64,000 bases of DNA from positions 71,866 through 135,865 of IMG/VR virus record IMGVR_UViG_3300050034_000187. One strand, 5' to 3'. Under the pieces are notes generated by a model. It was not told the origin of the DNA. It ran no database searches and saw only the letters and a program-made list of their open reading frames with translations. The translations under genes were made by a program, and so were the position numbers. Source of the DNA: a virus. Positions 19,098-29,148 of this stretch are shown here, in pieces. Every line of letters starts with the position of its first letter. Within the stretch, counting starts at the first letter, position 1.

Positions 19098-19346
19098 ATG
19101 AAATTTGAATGGTATATCCGAATCGCACTCAGTGTTCTTGGATCGATTTTTGGTTCTGAATTCTTTATAAAAGAACCATCAATTTTGTGGTTTATCGTTG
19201 TGATTTGTGGTATACTTGGTTTGTTCATTTGTTGGTTTGATTTAAGTAATGTCCGGGAAATTCACAGAATCAATCAAACATTAGCAGAAAGTAATATGAA
19301 TATCACGAAGGAGGAATATGAATCCCTACAACATCGAAATTACTAA
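19098..19346 (+). CDS. small 2-TM membrane protein
   Basis: TTGACA promoter at ~19052; hydrophobic segments. Confidence 0.6.
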   Translation: MKFEWYIRIALSVLGSIFGSEFFIKEPSILWFIVVICGILGLFICWFDLSNVREIHRINQTLAESNMNITKEEYESLQHRNY

Positions 19347-19689
19347 AATTGCAATCACTAATACCATTGCAAGAACTAATATCTTTTATGATGACAGTAT
19401 TAATGCAGCGCGAGAAAAGTACCGAACATACAAGAAGTTTTGGCTATGGGGGGAAATAATTACTCGCAGCGATGATGAAATTGATAAAATCATCAATGAT
19501 GATTCTGGTAACGCGGCTGGATGTAATAAGTGGCTTAATATTCTTCGAAATGATAGCATTGCTCCACTTGAAAAACTTCGAAGGATTGCAGAAGCATCTA
19601 CGTCAAAAACAATTAATCTAACCAATTCAGAATTTGATTTAATTTCCACGGAATATTTAAAAGCAAAAGAATTGCTTGAAAGGAACTGA
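19318..19689 (+). CDS. hypothetical protein
   Basis: RBS GGAGG. Confidence 0.55.
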   Translation: MNPYNIEITKIAITNTIARTNIFYDDSINAAREKYRTYKKFWLWGEIITRSDDEIDKIINDDSGNAAGCNKWLNILRNDSIAPLEKLRRIAEASTSKTINLTNSEFDLISTEYLKAKELLERN

Positions 19690-19690
19690 A

Positions 19691-20122
19691 ATGGCAAAAA
19701 TTTCGGTAGTTGATTATAGTGATACGATGACTACAGAACATGCTGATCCCGATGATGCATGGAGTGCAGATAGTACTTTTACTTCGCATGATATTCAGGG
19801 AATCTCGCTGGAAGATACATATGGTGATTTAACAGTTTCATATGATATTGAGTATGATGTACCTTATTTTTTGGTATATTATATTTATAGCACCGGAGAT
19901 TCATTTCATAATGACGAGGGATTGATAGAGTTTATCGACCTTTACAAAACGAGGTACGAAGCAGAAAAAGCAGCCAATATTATTCGTGAGGCAGCAATCA
20001 ATGAATGGACTGCAACAATTTTAAATTCAGATGGGGAAGCATATGATGAATATCTTTCTGCGGTACATGATTATTTTGGTAGTTTAAATGAAGTGGAAGT
20101 TGTTAAAGTGGAACGGATGTAA
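19691..20122 (+). CDS. acidic hypothetical protein
   Basis: RBS; YSTGDSF motif. Confidence 0.55.
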   Translation: MAKISVVDYSDTMTTEHADPDDAWSADSTFTSHDIQGISLEDTYGDLTVSYDIEYDVPYFLVYYIYSTGDSFHNDEGLIEFIDLYKTRYEAEKAANIIREAAINEWTATILNSDGEAYDEYLSAVHDYFGSLNEVEVVKVERM

Positions 20123-20136
20123 GAAAGAAGGAACCA

Positions 20137-20691
20137 TTGAGTGAATGTTCAGATAAAGCATTATATATTGATCTTGAATTGACCTGCTGGGATACTCAGC
20201 CAATTCCAACAGGCCAATCAAGAGAAATTATTCAAATTGGATTGGTATATGCAAATCTATCTAATTTACAAATTATTAATACAGAACGATATTACATTAC
20301 GGTAAAATCGGAAATATCAGAATATTGTACTAATTTAACTGCTATCACAAAAGATAATATTTCCAGTTATGGAAAATCGTTTAAGCTCACTTTAAGTGAA
20401 ATTGTAAAGAAATTTCATCCAAATAATAAAGCAACCTTTGCATGGGGCGATGATTCATCTTTTATAAATGATGCATGTATTCAATATATGTGCAAAAATC
20501 CTTTTGATAATATGTATGATCTTGGTGTGCAATTTAAACACGCGTTTGGTACAAATAGAAACCATTCTTTACCAGATGCAATGTCCATGCTAGGATTATC
20601 ATTTGAAGGGCGGCAGCATGATGGATTGGTTGATGCAGAAAATCTATGTAATCTTCATCTAGAAATGCTTCGGAGGATTCGCGGTGGTTGA
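20137..20691 (+). CDS. DEDDh 3'-5' exonuclease (KapD/ERI1-like)
   Basis: IDLELTC, EIIQIG, C..LT.I, WGDD, GRQHDGLVDA. Confidence 0.88.
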   Translation: MSECSDKALYIDLELTCWDTQPIPTGQSREIIQIGLVYANLSNLQIINTERYYITVKSEISEYCTNLTAITKDNISSYGKSFKLTLSEIVKKFHPNNKATFAWGDDSSFINDACIQYMCKNPFDNMYDLGVQFKHAFGTNRNHSLPDAMSMLGLSFEGRQHDGLVDAENLCNLHLEMLRRIRGG

Positions 20692-20905
20692 TAGATACGG
20701 AACAGAATTGCAAAAAGGCGATGAAATATTATTTCATGACATTGATGGACAATGGATTGAAGGGACTTATTATGGTGACTCCGGGGAATATATGGTAATT
20801 CAATTTTTTCCAATCCGAGAGAATTATTATAGTGTTTGCAATCCAAATAAAGTATTTAAACCAAATAGCGAAGAAGAAAGAATTCAATTTTTAATGGAAC
20901 TTTGA
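20684..20905 (+). CDS. C-terminal-tag family protein (NSEEERIQFLMEL)
   Basis: DRYGTELQKGD motif; tag. Confidence 0.7.
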   Translation: MVDRYGTELQKGDEILFHDIDGQWIEGTYYGDSGEYMVIQFFPIRENYYSVCNPNKVFKPNSEEERIQFLMEL

Positions 20906-20981
20906 CCTTGACTATTAGTTTGGATTGTGATAAACTAATAAAGAACAATTACTAGCATGGAACACGAAAGGAATAAAATAT

Positions 20982-22220
20982 ATGGCTCGTAGTAAAAATA
21001 CCGCAAGTGTCGCATTAGACGATGAACTAACCCTAACAGAAGCCCGTGAACTTATTATTCGAAATATTACCGTTATGCAGCCTTCATTTCTATGGGGGCC
21101 TCCGGGACTTGGTAAGTCTGCGATGATGGCTTCTATTGCAACGGATCTAGATTATGTCTTGATTGATCTTCGGCTTTCTATGCTCGGTCCACAAGATATT
21201 CTTGGTATTCCTATTCCGAATGTTGAAAGTGGAACGGTTGTTTGGAGTCATCCAGATTTTCTTCCAACCGAAGAGTTTGCCGCTACTGTCAAGGGAATCA
21301 TTCTATTTCTTGATGAAATTAACCTTGCTCCACCGGCTATTTCAGCAAGTTGCTATCAGCTTATCAACGAGCGCCGGGTTGGTCAATACGTTCTTCCCGA
21401 CAATGTAGTATGCGTTGCTGCTGGGAACCGTGCCACAGATGGTGCAATGGTCCAAAAGCTGCTGAAGCCGCTTGCAAATCGCTTTACCCATTATACCGTG
21501 AAGCCTGATTTTGATAGTTGGCTGACTTGGGCGCTGGAAGAACGAATCAACACGAACATTGTTGCGTTTCTTAGTCAGTACCATACTAAGTTGTTTTCAT
21601 TTGATCCATCCTCGCCAGACAATGCTTTTCCTACGCCGCGTTCTTGGACATTTGCAAGCAAGCTGATTACTCCTCGTGTGAATGAAAATGGTCGAGAAAT
21701 TGATCATCTTTCTCCGCTAGTTGTTCAACGGTTGGTTGCTTCTGCTGTTGGTCGAGGCACTGCGAATGAATATGCAGTATTTTTGAGTCATGGTCAGAAT
21801 TTACCATCGGCTCGTGATATTCTAAGCGGTCGTATTACTACTTTGGTTGGAACAGACGGTGAACCAATTACCGAGATTTCTGCTCAATACCAGTTGGTAA
21901 CAGCGCTTCTTACAGAGCTTCGTGAATGGTGGGAAAGTAATAGCATTCTTTCTGGTAAGGAAATTGTTATGCCAAGCGGTCGTAAGTTTCGTCCGCGAGA
22001 ATGGAATTCTGCAAACCACGAAGATCAATGGAGAAAGATGTTGGGGATTTTTCTAACATTTGTTATGGATAATTTCTCCAAGGAATTGAATGTTCTTACC
22101 TGCCGTATTGGCTTTCGTGGATATAATATTGCGCGAAGCACCCCGATGAAAACTCTTCCAGCATGGCAAGAATTTACTCGTCAATATGGACGATATCTCA
22201 AGGAAGATACAGAGAAGTAA
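20982..22220 (+). CDS. MoxR-like AAA+ ATPase
   Basis: GPPGLGKS, ILFLDEIN, AAGN, LANRF, PTPRSW; promoter TTGACT-17-TAAACT at 20908. Confidence 0.88.
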   Translation: MARSKNTASVALDDELTLTEARELIIRNITVMQPSFLWGPPGLGKSAMMASIATDLDYVLIDLRLSMLGPQDILGIPIPNVESGTVVWSHPDFLPTEEFAATVKGIILFLDEINLAPPAISASCYQLINERRVGQYVLPDNVVCVAAGNRATDGAMVQKLLKPLANRFTHYTVKPDFDSWLTWALEERINTNIVAFLSQYHTKLFSFDPSSPDNAFPTPRSWTFASKLITPRVNENGREIDHLSPLVVQRLVASAVGRGTANEYAVFLSHGQNLPSARDILSGRITTLVGTDGEPITEISAQYQLVTALLTELREWWESNSILSGKEIVMPSGRKFRPREWNSANHEDQWRKMLGIFLTFVMDNFSKELNVLTCRIGFRGYNIARSTPMKTLPAWQEFTRQYGRYLKEDTEK

Positions 22221-22272
22221 CTAATAATGCGAGGGGAGAAATTCTCTCGCATTAATTTGAAAAGGAGAGTAC

Positions 22273-23568
22273 ATGTCAAAGAAGTCAAATGATGAGGTAA
22301 AGCCTCGAAACTATAAAACAGATGAGCCTATTTCTCCCGAATTGCATGAGCGAGTTGCTGAGAAGATTCTACGTTCTCGCATTCACCTTCTTCAAAATAA
22401 AGATTTTTTATTTTTTGGAATGATTATTACTCGGTTAATTCCGTGCTCGGCTGATAAGTGGCTAGATACTATGGCAGTTGATGGAAAATATCTTTATTAT
22501 AATCATAGATTTGTAGATGAACTTGATGCAAAAGAATTGCTATTTGCAAATGGCCACGAAGTTTTGCATATTGTGTATGATCATATCAATAGAACTAAAG
22601 ATTATGATCTTCATGCTAAGATTGCCAACTTTGCTCAAGATTATGTTATCAATGGAGAATTGGCAGATATCAATCTAGGAACTAAGCCAGAATGGATTCT
22701 ATATGATGAAAAATTCAAGGGTATGACTTCTGAGGAAGTATATGATGAATTGATGAAGAATTCAAAAATGCTTACTCCAGAAATGATTCAATCCATGCTT
22801 GATCAAATGTTGGATCAGCATCTTCCCGCTAATACCGGAGACGGGGATGGCGATGGAGAAGACGGTAAAGCAAAAGATGGCGGTAATGGCCCCGCTAAGT
22901 ATTCTCAGGAAGAAATTGCTCGAATTAAGACTGATATCACCAATGAAGTATTAAATGCTGCAAAAATGTCAAATGGAATTGGTTCTCTTCCTCTGGGTGT
23001 GCAACGAATGGTGAATCAGTTCTTGAATCCAAAGATGCCATGGCGTGATCTACTTAAAAATGAGTGCTCATCTTTGCTTCCATATGACTATAATTGGACA
23101 TTATTAAATCGTAATTCATGGGGAATGCAATGTATTCTTCCGGGAATTGAAACTGCGAAATCATTGGAAGTGGCAGTATTTCTTGATATGTCTGGAAGTA
23201 TTGGACAGAAGGAAGCAACCGAATTTTTAAGTGAAGTTCGCGGAATTATGGATGCTTATCCATCTTACAAAGTTACCGTTGGATGCTGGGATACCAAAGT
23301 CTATAATGTGAAGGAATTCACCGAAACAGATGATGATCTTCTTTCATATGAAATTCTTGGTGGCGGCGGAACTGATCCAATGTGTATTTTCGATTACATT
23401 CGAGATAATAATATCGATGTAAAAAAATTGCTAATATTCACCGATGGTTATTTTAATATTCCAGATAATTTTGATGGATACGGATTATCAACTATTTGGC
23501 TCATAAACAACGGGGATAAAAATCCAATTACTTTACCTTTTGGTGTTACAACTTATTACGATGATTAA
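22273..23568 (+). CDS. DUF2201-like metallopeptidase + VWA domain protein
   Basis: HEVLH zincin motif; MIDAS DMSGS, GGGTD, FTDG. Confidence 0.88.
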   Translation: MSKKSNDEVKPRNYKTDEPISPELHERVAEKILRSRIHLLQNKDFLFFGMIITRLIPCSADKWLDTMAVDGKYLYYNHRFVDELDAKELLFANGHEVLHIVYDHINRTKDYDLHAKIANFAQDYVINGELADINLGTKPEWILYDEKFKGMTSEEVYDELMKNSKMLTPEMIQSMLDQMLDQHLPANTGDGDGDGEDGKAKDGGNGPAKYSQEEIARIKTDITNEVLNAAKMSNGIGSLPLGVQRMVNQFLNPKMPWRDLLKNECSSLLPYDYNWTLLNRNSWGMQCILPGIETAKSLEVAVFLDMSGSIGQKEATEFLSEVRGIMDAYPSYKVTVGCWDTKVYNVKEFTETDDDLLSYEILGGGGTDPMCIFDYIRDNNIDVKKLLIFTDGYFNIPDNFDGYGLSTIWLINNGDKNPITLPFGVTTYYDD

Positions 23569-23569
23569 A

Positions 23570-23595
23570 AAATACGGGCAATATTGCCCGTATTT
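23570..23595. terminator. palindromic terminator
   Basis: AAATACGGGCAATATTGCCCGTATTT. Confidence 0.7.
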
Positions 23596-23644
23596 CACTT
23601 GTATAAATAAAGATGAAATCTCAAGTGAGATTAGGAGATAATTT

Positions 23645-24283
23645 ATGGCAACAATTACTAAACATATCGGATTGCATAATGCAGCAAAGGTTATTGTACT
23701 TATGCGCGAATTACCAGAAGAAGAGCATATGGCATTGGTTCTTCTTAATGACAAACTTCCACAGGTATATCATGCTCCAGTATTAGAAGCATTGAATAGT
23801 GCTGCCGGGCAAGCAGCAAACAATCTTGCAGATATTATTGACACTGTTAAATTGCCGGATGGTAGAAGTCTTGCTTATCTATTGCATACCGAGGGATTTA
23901 TTAAAAAAGTTCAAACTAATAATGTATTCATGACCCCCGATAGCACCAATAAAATCCGTCTTAGTGAGTTAAATGCATATATGAATGCCATTAGTAAAGG
24001 CGGCGATGCTTTAAAAAAGATGCAAGAATTGGATGAGCATCGAGGTATGCATCAATCAACCCGTATTCATCCATCGAAGGTTTTACGAGGACAGAACGTA
24101 TTAACCGAGGTTCCGGTATACAAAGATCCTTTACCAAGTCCTCCTCCACCTGCCCCACTTGAAAGTGCTGCACCAGCATGGGCGGGGGAATTGCTAAATG
24201 AAGTGAGAAGTCAGAAAGAAGTTATTGCTGAACTTTCTAAAAAGGTTGAACTTCTGGAAAGTTCTCCAAAGAAAAAGAAATAG
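23645..24283 (+). CDS. phage hypothetical late protein
   Basis: TATAAATA at ~23603; RBS GGAG. Confidence 0.6.
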   Translation: MATITKHIGLHNAAKVIVLMRELPEEEHMALVLLNDKLPQVYHAPVLEALNSAAGQAANNLADIIDTVKLPDGRSLAYLLHTEGFIKKVQTNNVFMTPDSTNKIRLSELNAYMNAISKGGDALKKMQELDEHRGMHQSTRIHPSKVLRGQNVLTEVPVYKDPLPSPPPPAPLESAAPAWAGELLNEVRSQKEVIAELSKKVELLESSPKKKK

Positions 24284-24284
24284 T

Positions 24285-24313
24285 AAAAACCGGAGCTTAA
24301 TGCTCCGGTTTTT
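24285..24313. terminator. bidirectional terminator between convergent genes
   Basis: AAAAACCGGAGC-ttaat-GCTCCGGTTTTT. Confidence 0.8.
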
Positions 24314-25436
24314 TAATGGCTTCTAGTTCTTCTTTAGTTAGTTGTGATAGATCAATTGTTCCACCAGCAATGTGTTTTTTAAGAAATTCAATATAGCTGG
24401 AATTAATATAATTTGGATTCTCTTCTTTGCTTGCCTCTACCCAGATTCCATTAATAACTTTATATAGTTTCCCGGGAATAGATTCTGTTGAAATGAAGAG
24501 AGTTCCTTCGGGTGCATTTTCTGGTAGAATCATTTTACCAACCAACTTCTGTCCATTTTCCGTAACCTCATCAATTTGTTTTGCTATTTCTTTATGTGCC
24601 CGGCGGGGTTTCCTTGCCTTTGAAGTAGGAAGAGCAGCTAGGGGCACTACAGCTTCAGCAATGGGGGTTTCTGATATTAGTTCTTTTTGCTTAGAAAGCG
24701 AAGAATCGGCAGCAATCAACATAGATAATGCTAACGGATCAAAAACACTTACTAATAAAATAATCACCCATCTTACTGCCTTTTCTAGCAAATCTTGGCT
24801 TGGGTTTGCGCCATATATCAATGCAGCAATAAATTTAATTGGGCCAACATCAATTTCATTTTTTTGAAGTTGTAATTTAATGGGGGCTTCCTCTTCTTTT
24901 AATTCATCAATTTTCTTTTGATCCTCGGTAATAACTTTTTGAATTGAAGATCGCTCCGACGATTGATTGTTTCTTAAATTTAATGCTTTGGTTGCACCTT
25001 GCTGGTTGCTACTTAAAGAAATAACTTGCGAAATAGCACCATCCAATTGTTTTAAAGTTTGATTATTGGAATTCTGTTCTTGCGTAATGCTAGAAATTTG
25101 ATTATCATAAATTGCTAATTTAGAATTAAGAGAATCGCTTCCTATACTTTGTTGAATATGCGCTCTAGAAAGGTAGCCAAAAATTCCTAGACTTGTTATA
25201 CAACCAAGAATTACCACAGCAGTGCAAAGATATGTTTTTAAAAGAGACGGAACAACTTCCCAGTTTTTATGTAACCATAAAGTTGTTGATATTTTTCCTA
25301 CTTCTAGAACAGTTCCCATGATTGCCACAGATATTACTGCCCCAGAAAAAATTGATATTAAACCAACAACGCTAAAGAAACCAGCCGTTGCAGAGATTAA
25401 TATTGCGACGATAATTAACAAATAGTTTAAGTCCAT
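24297..25436 (-). CDS. membrane protein with coiled-coil domain
   Basis: 3 N-terminal TM segments (SVVGL..IF, LEVGK, TSLGIFGYLS), coiled coil, VFDPLA TM. Confidence 0.65.
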   Translation of the reverse strand: MDLNYLLIIVAILISATAGFFSVVGLISIFSGAVISVAIMGTVLEVGKISTTLWLHKNWEVVPSLLKTYLCTAVVILGCITSLGIFGYLSRAHIQQSIGSDSLNSKLAIYDNQISSITQEQNSNNQTLKQLDGAISQVISLSSNQQGATKALNLRNNQSSERSSIQKVITEDQKKIDELKEEEAPIKLQLQKNEIDVGPIKFIAALIYGANPSQDLLEKAVRWVIILLVSVFDPLALSMLIAADSSLSKQKELISETPIAEAVVPLAALPTSKARKPRRAHKEIAKQIDEVTENGQKLVGKMILPENAPEGTLFISTESIPGKLYKVINGIWVEASKEENPNYINSSYIEFLKKHIAGGTIDLSQLTKEELEAIKKPEH

Positions 25437-25474
25437 GTTCCTCCATGTAATACCATTTTGCCATGCTAAAAATG

Positions 25475-26452
25475 TTAAATCAATGGCATATTTGAATTTT
25501 TTGTATTTTCAACATTTTTTTCGATAATCTTTTCAATGCATTCTCTTTCAAAAGAAGATAGATTCATTCCTTCTTCATACGATATTGCGCCTCTCATAAA
25601 CCATATCATTTCCAAAGTATTTTTTTGTATATTCTTTATATCATTATCCAATGAATTTAATTCATTGATTACCTTTTCTTCGTCATAGGGAATAAGTTTA
25701 TTCCGGAATATATTACAAAAATCCATGTCAACTGGCAATATTTCTTGATGGCCGCAGGCGCAAGTAATGGGTAGAGCAGAGATAGAACCTTCTTTGATTG
25801 CAGAAGTTATTTTATTTTCTATAAGTAAATATTCTTCGGGACTAATTTGCTCATACCATTCTCTTAGAAATTTTCCATCTACTCCATTTGTACTACTAAT
25901 ACAAGAAAAATAAAATGCTCTTTTAAGTTGAGTTCTCTGAATAGACAATGAAGTAATGATATTATTGCATTCTTCACTATTTTGCATGGTTGATAATTGA
26001 TATAATTGCTTTGCTAATCTAAAATCCGCTTGCTGAATCCCAGAATATTCTCTGTAACTTATTGGCTTAAATTTAATACATGCATTATTCAATATTAAAG
26101 GAGTATTCCATTCAGCGTAAGATAAGAAATCCGTATATTTATTAAGTTCTATGGTATATGTTGATTCTTCTTTACATTCTGGACATACTGTTAAAAAATC
26201 AATATCATTCATTCCAGATGCAATCCGAATACATATTAATAATTTTTGAATATCTGAGAATGGCAAAACTGCGACTTGCCCAATAGAAGGAATGCATCTT
26301 TCAATCAATCTCTCCGTGGCTTCCCCTGATAGTAAATAATCCGGGGTGCGAATAGTTAATTCATCCATTGTTACCATGCTATAAACATCATATATTCTTT
26401 TACTATCGGATAATAATGTCACTTTTAATTTTGGTTTTTGAAAACTATGCAT
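25475..26452 (-). CDS. baseplate hub assembly protein (T4 gp26/gp51-like)
   Basis: DELTIRTPD..LSGE; IRIASG; CPEC; C-terminal WFMRGAISYEE..NLS..ER. Confidence 0.65.
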   Translation of the reverse strand: MHSFQKPKLKVTLLSDSKRIYDVYSMVTMDELTIRTPDYLLSGEATERLIERCIPSIGQVAVLPFSDIQKLLICIRIASGMNDIDFLTVCPECKEESTYTIELNKYTDFLSYAEWNTPLILNNACIKFKPISYREYSGIQQADFRLAKQLYQLSTMQNSEECNNIITSLSIQRTQLKRAFYFSCISSTNGVDGKFLREWYEQISPEEYLLIENKITSAIKEGSISALPITCACGHQEILPVDMDFCNIFRNKLIPYDEEKVINELNSLDNDIKNIQKNTLEMIWFMRGAISYEEGMNLSSFERECIEKIIEKNVENTKNSNMPLI

Positions 26453-27369
26453 TATTTCTCCGTATTAAAATTACTTCCAATCAACGTAAACGTTGCTTCC
26501 CATTCTTCTGGAGCGCCAGCCATTTTCTCTTGTTCAGTACTTTGCATTATTCCACTTTTAAATACATATTTTTCTTTTTGGGATTCGATATGATCTTTAA
26601 ATACATTATAATATTCAACATCACAACTTTTTAAAATGTGTTTAATGCGTTGTTTATCATCTGGTAATGAGCTATCCAATTTACATATAATACTATCATC
26701 GCTTGCTCTTTGAATTACCAATTCAATTATAGAATCGCATACCATGTCAATAGATGAATTAGCAATGATTGCTGTTGCCGAAGAAAAAACTTCTTCATCA
26801 ACAATTTCGGTTCCTCCAATGGCAGACGTGAGCATTTTGTTTTGCGCCATTAATGCCCGAGTCGCCGTAAATACTTCTGCCATTGAAACTGGGCGGATTT
26901 TTGCTATAGAAGTTTTTTCATTATCCTTTACTTCAAGAACATCATCCCATTCAATATTATTCATCTGTGCAAATAAATCATTACTATTCATTTTAATAGT
27001 ACGAGTTAATCTTGTATTTGGAACGGATACCACAAATTCCAATGTTTCTCCATAACTTGCAACTTTTATTGCTAATAATAATGTTTCCATATCAATATGA
27101 GGAATAATGCTGGCATCCTTGATCGCCGGGCAGCAACTCTGAATAACATCATAAATTGATTTTCCGGTAAGTGTCGGATCACCTGTTTTTAATTTTATAT
27201 CATCTGTGGCAGTTAGCGCATAGATACTAACCTTCCCTTCTGAATTCAATTCCAAGGTTCCTGCCGGATACCATTTCCCTCTACTGGGCAATCCAATATT
27301 CAATTTTGGTTTGCGGAATAATCCCTTTAATGGATTCTCTTGGTCAATCGGTGTTGGTGCGCTGCTCAT
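26452..27369 (-). CDS. baseplate hub protein (T4 gp26-like)
   Basis: NPL..FRKPKL.I.LPSRGKWY; VIQSCCPAI; LLAIKVASYG. Confidence 0.7.
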   Translation of the reverse strand: MSSAPTPIDQENPLKGLFRKPKLNIGLPSRGKWYPAGTLELNSEGKVSIYALTATDDIKLKTGDPTLTGKSIYDVIQSCCPAIKDASIIPHIDMETLLLAIKVASYGETLEFVVSVPNTRLTRTIKMNSNDLFAQMNNIEWDDVLEVKDNEKTSIAKIRPVSMAEVFTATRALMAQNKMLTSAIGGTEIVDEEVFSSATAIIANSSIDMVCDSIIELVIQRASDDSIICKLDSSLPDDKQRIKHILKSCDVEYYNVFKDHIESQKEKYVFKSGIMQSTEQEKMAGAPEEWEATFTLIGSNFNTEK

Positions 27370-27830
27370 AAAATCTCCTTATCTTCCATATTTATATCTG
27401 CGAAAGATGCCAATTCTTTATCAGAATATTCTTTTATTTTAAATCTCAATCCCGGAATTAATCCATTCCAGAATTTATCTGATTGTACTGCATGCTTCAT
27501 TACAATTAATTCAATTTCTCTAAATGCTAAACTAGATCGATTTTCATGAAGAGAAAGAATTTGAAATTTGAAATTCTCTTTCCCCACTTTGGCAATTTCT
27601 TCATTAAGATCATAACTACTTCCGGTATATTTTTTCCAGTTTGATTCTTTAACTACTTTCCTCTTTCGGGTTTTACCTTTAAGTGGCGGTTTATGAGTTG
27701 TCATGAAGAAAAACTTTTTACCAATATATTTTTTACCAGAAACTAAACTAGTAATTAAATAGCAAAATCCAACATATTCATTTATATCAAATTCATTTGG
27801 ATATTCCCAATGCCCATTATCTTGCTTCAT
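27366..27830 (-). CDS. GIY-YIG endonuclease
   Basis: GFCYLIT..VSGKKYIGKK; W..YTGS; F.FQILS; E; FWNG. Confidence 0.85.
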   Translation of the reverse strand: MKQDNGHWEYPNEFDINEYVGFCYLITSLVSGKKYIGKKFFFMTTHKPPLKGKTRKRKVVKESNWKKYTGSSYDLNEEIAKVGKENFKFQILSLHENRSSLAFREIELIVMKHAVQSDKFWNGLIPGLRFKIKEYSDKELASFADINMEDKEIL

Positions 27831-28524
27831 TTATATTTCCAGTTTCTTTCGAAAAGTTGCCATTGTTATAGATTGATTTAATTTGTTTCGCATCCCATAC
27901 AACGTAAACAGAAGCATTGTTTTCGGTATATATAATGCCGTCTGCACGAAATACCTTCCGCATATTATCAAAAAGAGAATGCGTTTTATATGCTCTAACC
28001 ATTTCCGAAAGAATGGCGGTATCCCCCTCAAATGAATTTTGTTTATATGTTATCTCACAATATTTATCAATCATCTCGGGAGTACATTTTGGATAAGGTT
28101 CATGATAATCCAATGAAAATGGAATCCAATTGGTGAAAAACCATTCTTTATCTCCGTTCTTTATTATTTTAGTAAATATTTCTTTTGTAATAGAATGACT
28201 ATGATCAGAAATAGTTAATGGATTCTGAATTGAAAGATAACATTTATATAGTTGTTTATTGCTTCCTTCTCCCGGATGAATATCACTTTTCTTCATATAA
28301 GAACGAGCAAATCTTTCAGAATCGGTGAAATATATTCCGCCACCAATAGCACTGCCAAAACTCATAAAACTTTCTGGAATCTTAAATTCAGAAAATCCAC
28401 CATTCATGGTTCCATGGTAAACTATTTTTGGAGTACCGTCCGGGTTAGTTACTTTTGAATTTCCGAACCATGCAGAAAATTGCGGGGTGTTAATTGGCGA
28501 TTTCTTTATTTCATTCAATCTCAT
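27817..28524 (-). CDS. ADP-ribosyltransferase-like protein (ART-PolyVal-like)
   Basis: FSAWFG.SKV...G.P..VYHGT; GIYFT; ARSY; YL.IQNP; DGII; V.WDAKQIKS..NNG.F. Confidence 0.75.
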   Translation of the reverse strand: MRLNEIKKSPINTPQFSAWFGNSKVTNPDGTPKIVYHGTMNGGFSEFKIPESFMSFGSAIGGGIYFTDSERFARSYMKKSDIHPGEGSNKQLYKCYLSIQNPLTISDHSHSITKEIFTKIIKNGDKEWFFTNWIPFSLDYHEPYPKCTPEMIDKYCEITYKQNSFEGDTAILSEMVRAYKTHSLFDNMRKVFRADGIIYTENNASVYVVWDAKQIKSIYNNGNFSKETGNINEAR

Positions 28525-28588
28525 ATATCTATTTATTATTTATTTTTGCATAAATATTATCAGTGGAATTCCACCAATTGGGGGTTGC

Positions 28589-29140
28589 ATGCAATCAACT
28601 ATTTCACACTCACAACTCCAACATAATTATTTTAAGTTATGTAAACAACTACATCCAGATTTCAATCAACGGGCCACAGCCACGGAGGATTTTCAAAATC
28701 TCCAACAAATTTATTCGCACCTTAAAATCAATTATTATTGCTCTATTCATGTTTCTCTTTTAGATGCATTGAATGGATGCGATAGATATTTTGAAGATGA
28801 AGATCATATAAAATATGTGATTAATATCCCAAAATTATCTAAAAAAATCACACAGTTGACAATCACAATAGAAAAGAGTATCATCAATTTGAAGGTTGAA
28901 ATTGATCTTCCTTCAACTATGCGACTTCATCACGGATATTTGGTTAAAATAATTAAACTTTCGGCATGGCGGATGTTTTGGGGCGGGGTGGTATCATTCG
29001 AAATTATTGAAGATATTATTACTATTAAAATACCTCCCCATTCTAAAAATAATAATATATATAAGTTGGTGGAACATGGGCTATTTTGCAATGGAGATAG
29101 AAATCCGTTGTATATTCAATTGAAGCAAGGAAAGGACTAA
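28589..29140 (+). CDS. DnaJ-like co-chaperone
   Basis: Y.KL...LHPD J-motif; DnaJ-C-like VSLLDALNG and IKIPP..GL. Confidence 0.7.
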   Translation: MQSTISHSQLQHNYFKLCKQLHPDFNQRATATEDFQNLQQIYSHLKINYYCSIHVSLLDALNGCDRYFEDEDHIKYVINIPKLSKKITQLTITIEKSIINLKVEIDLPSTMRLHHGYLVKIIKLSAWRMFWGGVVSFEIIEDIITIKIPPHSKNNNIYKLVEHGLFCNGDRNPLYIQLKQGKD

Positions 29141-29148
29141 CAAAACAT

